Notes under the pieces: generated by a model
Database searches by the model: none
What the model saw: the letters and a program-made list of their open reading frames with translations, nothing else
What the model was told of the DNA's origin: nothing
Shown: one piece after another, positions 62,679 through 64,000 of the stretch
How positions within the stretch are numbered: position 1 is the stretch's first letter
Layout: the number at the start of each line of letters is the position of its first letter
Program-made: the position numbers and the translations under genes
Virus record (IMG/VR): IMGVR_UViG_3300018059_000013
Origin: a virus
DNA length: 64,000 bases
Direction: 5' to 3' (one strand)

Positions 62679-62734
62679 TGTTTACCCCAGCAAACGTTGA
62701 CGTATTTCGTTGAAAGCAGCGATGAGAGAAATGA

Positions 62735-62977
62735 TCATTCGTCGATTTTGACGAATCGGGACGACGTTCGGATAGGGATGTGGGTCCAATAGGTCTTTCC
62801 ATCTTGCCGCAGAAAGAACGTCTGAAGTGCGACGGTTTCTGACATGTTTCCGCGCGGATCGTCCTTTCTTTCGTGCAAGAGAATGATGACTTCACCCTTA
62901 TCCATCCATACGAGATCTCCTGCATTCTGACCCACTACAGTGACGGGTCCACCCATGAACCTGTAGACGTTCGACAT
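62735..62977 (-). CDS. small-family protein (80 aa, GDLVWMDKGE)
   Basis: Shares the KGDxLW(I/M)DK motif with 63460..63672. Confidence 0.35.
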   Translation of the reverse strand: MSNVYRFMGGPVTVVGQNAGDLVWMDKGEVIILLHERKDDPRGNMSETVALQTFFLRQDGKTYWTHIPIRTSSRFVKIDE

Positions 62978-62978
62978 G

Positions 62979-63197
62979 TCAGTACCGCAGGATGATGACG
63001 AACAACCACCAGAAGAACCAGAAGATGCACGGGATCGCAGAGACGATGATTCCCCACGAAGCTGCCGTGTCGTTTCTGTTGCGTCGAAGAGCGATCATGG
63101 AGACGATCATTCCCAATAACGACAAGGACCCGAAGGTGATGAAACCTCCGAGTCCGAGCATGAGTCCGATCATGCCCAGTTTGTTACCGAACTTCAT
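62979..63197 (-). CDS. small membrane protein (internal start MKFGNKLG)
   Basis: Three hydrophobic segments. Confidence 0.4.
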   Translation of the reverse strand: MKFGNKLGMIGLMLGLGGFITFGSLSLLGMIVSMIALRRNRNDTAASWGIIVSAIPCIFWFFWWLFVIILRY

Positions 63198-63463
63198 CGT
63201 TGTACTTGCCTCTCGTCGACAGTTGCCTGTACGGGGAAGTCGTCTGCATCTAGTCTCTCCTTGACGAGCGCTGCCGTGGGTTTGCAACGGGTGGCGGGCT
63301 TGATCAACTTCGATCCGCCCTGGAGGAGCTGAACGCTCGAGGGCGAACGGCTACTGCACGTGATCGTCTCCGTGATGGTGTACGGAACGGGCGCGAGCTC
63401 GAAGTGGTGGATTGAACACCCGACGAAGGAGAGAACGATGATCGCGAGCGCAACAAACTTCAT
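63194..63463 (-). CDS. small lipoprotein (internal start MKFVALAIIVLSFVGC)
   Basis: Lipobox FVGC. Confidence 0.4.
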   Translation of the reverse strand: MKFVALAIIVLSFVGCSIHHFELAPVPYTITETITCSSRSPSSVQLLQGGSKLIKPATRCKPTAALVKERLDADDFPVQATVDERQVQR

Positions 63464-63672
63464 TGCGAGTCTTCTTTCAGAGTGATAGTCCACCACGGAC
63501 GACTAAAACAACTAAGAGGAGCGTCGATCCATGCGATCGTTCCGTCTACCATCAACGCGAGGACGACAGGTTCTCCGTTGAAGTGATGACGAAAGACATC
63601 TCCCACCACGAGGAAAGGTCGTTCCTTGTCGATCCAGAGCATGTCACCCTTCTTCAGGTAGACTTGGGCCAT
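63460..63672 (-). CDS. small-family protein (MAQVYLKKGDMLWIDKE)
   Basis: Paralog of 62735..62977. Confidence 0.35.
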   Translation of the reverse strand: MAQVYLKKGDMLWIDKERPFLVVGDVFRHHFNGEPVVLALMVDGTIAWIDAPLSCFSRPWWTITLKEDSQ

Positions 63673-63784
63673 ACGCTCACCAGCAGAACGATGATCTTGT
63701 ACTCCGTGCACATCACACCAACGATGAGCGCCAGCATGAGAGCGTAGAGCTCGATCTTCACTTTAAGATCTTCCTCCATTTCGA

Positions 63785-64000
63785 TCACTCCCAGTACGTA
63801 CCGATGAGCTCGTGCGTTTGAGGGAAGTGCTCTTGAAGCTCATCGGGAACTCCTCCGTCGTCATCTCCGGTGATGAGGAGCTCGCATTCCTTTTCTGTTG
63901 GTAGACGACCGACCACACCAAAGTCAGTACGAAGCACATCCTTCAGAATGATCTTATCCAAGACGATATGAGAGTCCGAGAACGCCCAGTTGCACAGGGA
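63785..64000 (-). CDS. hypothetical protein, C-terminal fragment (N-terminus beyond the window end)
   Basis: Reverse translation gives ...VLRTDFGVVGRLPTEKECELLITGDDDGGVPDELQEHFPQTHELIGTYWE*. Confidence 0.3.
   Translation of the reverse strand, partial: SLCNWAFSDSHIVLDKIILKDVLRTDFGVVGRLPTEKECELLITGDDDGGVPDELQEHFPQTHELIGTYWE

Noticed and set aside
1-64000. Search for CRISPR arrays, rRNA genes, IS elements/transposases, integrase and attachment-site direct repeats
   Set aside because: No regularly spaced direct repeats, no rRNA-like conserved stretches and no DDE, serine or tyrosine recombinase motifs were recognisable by eye in any frame.

Overview
This 64 kb window is moderately GC-rich, shows GC3-biased codon usage, and is almost entirely coding on the minus strand. 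It carries roughly 150 mostly short genes, many of them starting at ATGA/TGATG overlaps with the preceding gene's stop, and I found no convincing plus-strand gene. Genes I could recognise from motifs are two paralogous AAA+ ATPases (one truncated at the window start) each next to a paralogous unknown 'X' protein, a short standalone elongation factor Ts, a Pol-beta-like family X polymerase, a WecG/TagA-type glycosyltransferase, a DHH-DHHA1 phosphoesterase, two paralogous C2H2-zinc-finger HNH endonucleases, a D5/P4-like P-loop NTPase followed by tandem vWA proteins and a YggL (DUF469) protein, a J-domain mini-protein and a lytic transglycosylase domain. The right-hand end holds an envelope cluster: an SPFH/Band-7 lipoprotein, an S1 serine-protease lipoprotein with a MYXO-CTERM-like tail, an FGE-sulfatase-like lipoprotein, a Cys-rich-repeat lipoprotein and several more lipoproteins. 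There are four tRNA or tRNA-like genes (Glu-TTC and Gln-TTG canonical, and two with anticodon loops that cannot form the normal 7-nt loop). The main non-coding signal is a promoter-like motif found at least 14 times on the minus strand (GATGAAy, then 8-13 nt, then an extended -10 TGnTAyAAT), placed 20-40 nt upstream of gene starts and often followed by a good Shine-Dalgarno sequence. Many small paralogous protein families sit in tandem arrays. I found no rRNA, CRISPR array, transposase or integrase. My reading is a large phage or virus, or a phage-derived island, in a Gram-negative (possibly Myxococcota-like) host, but a host chromosomal accessory region cannot be excluded. All functional calls are from motif recognition by eye; no database searches were run.
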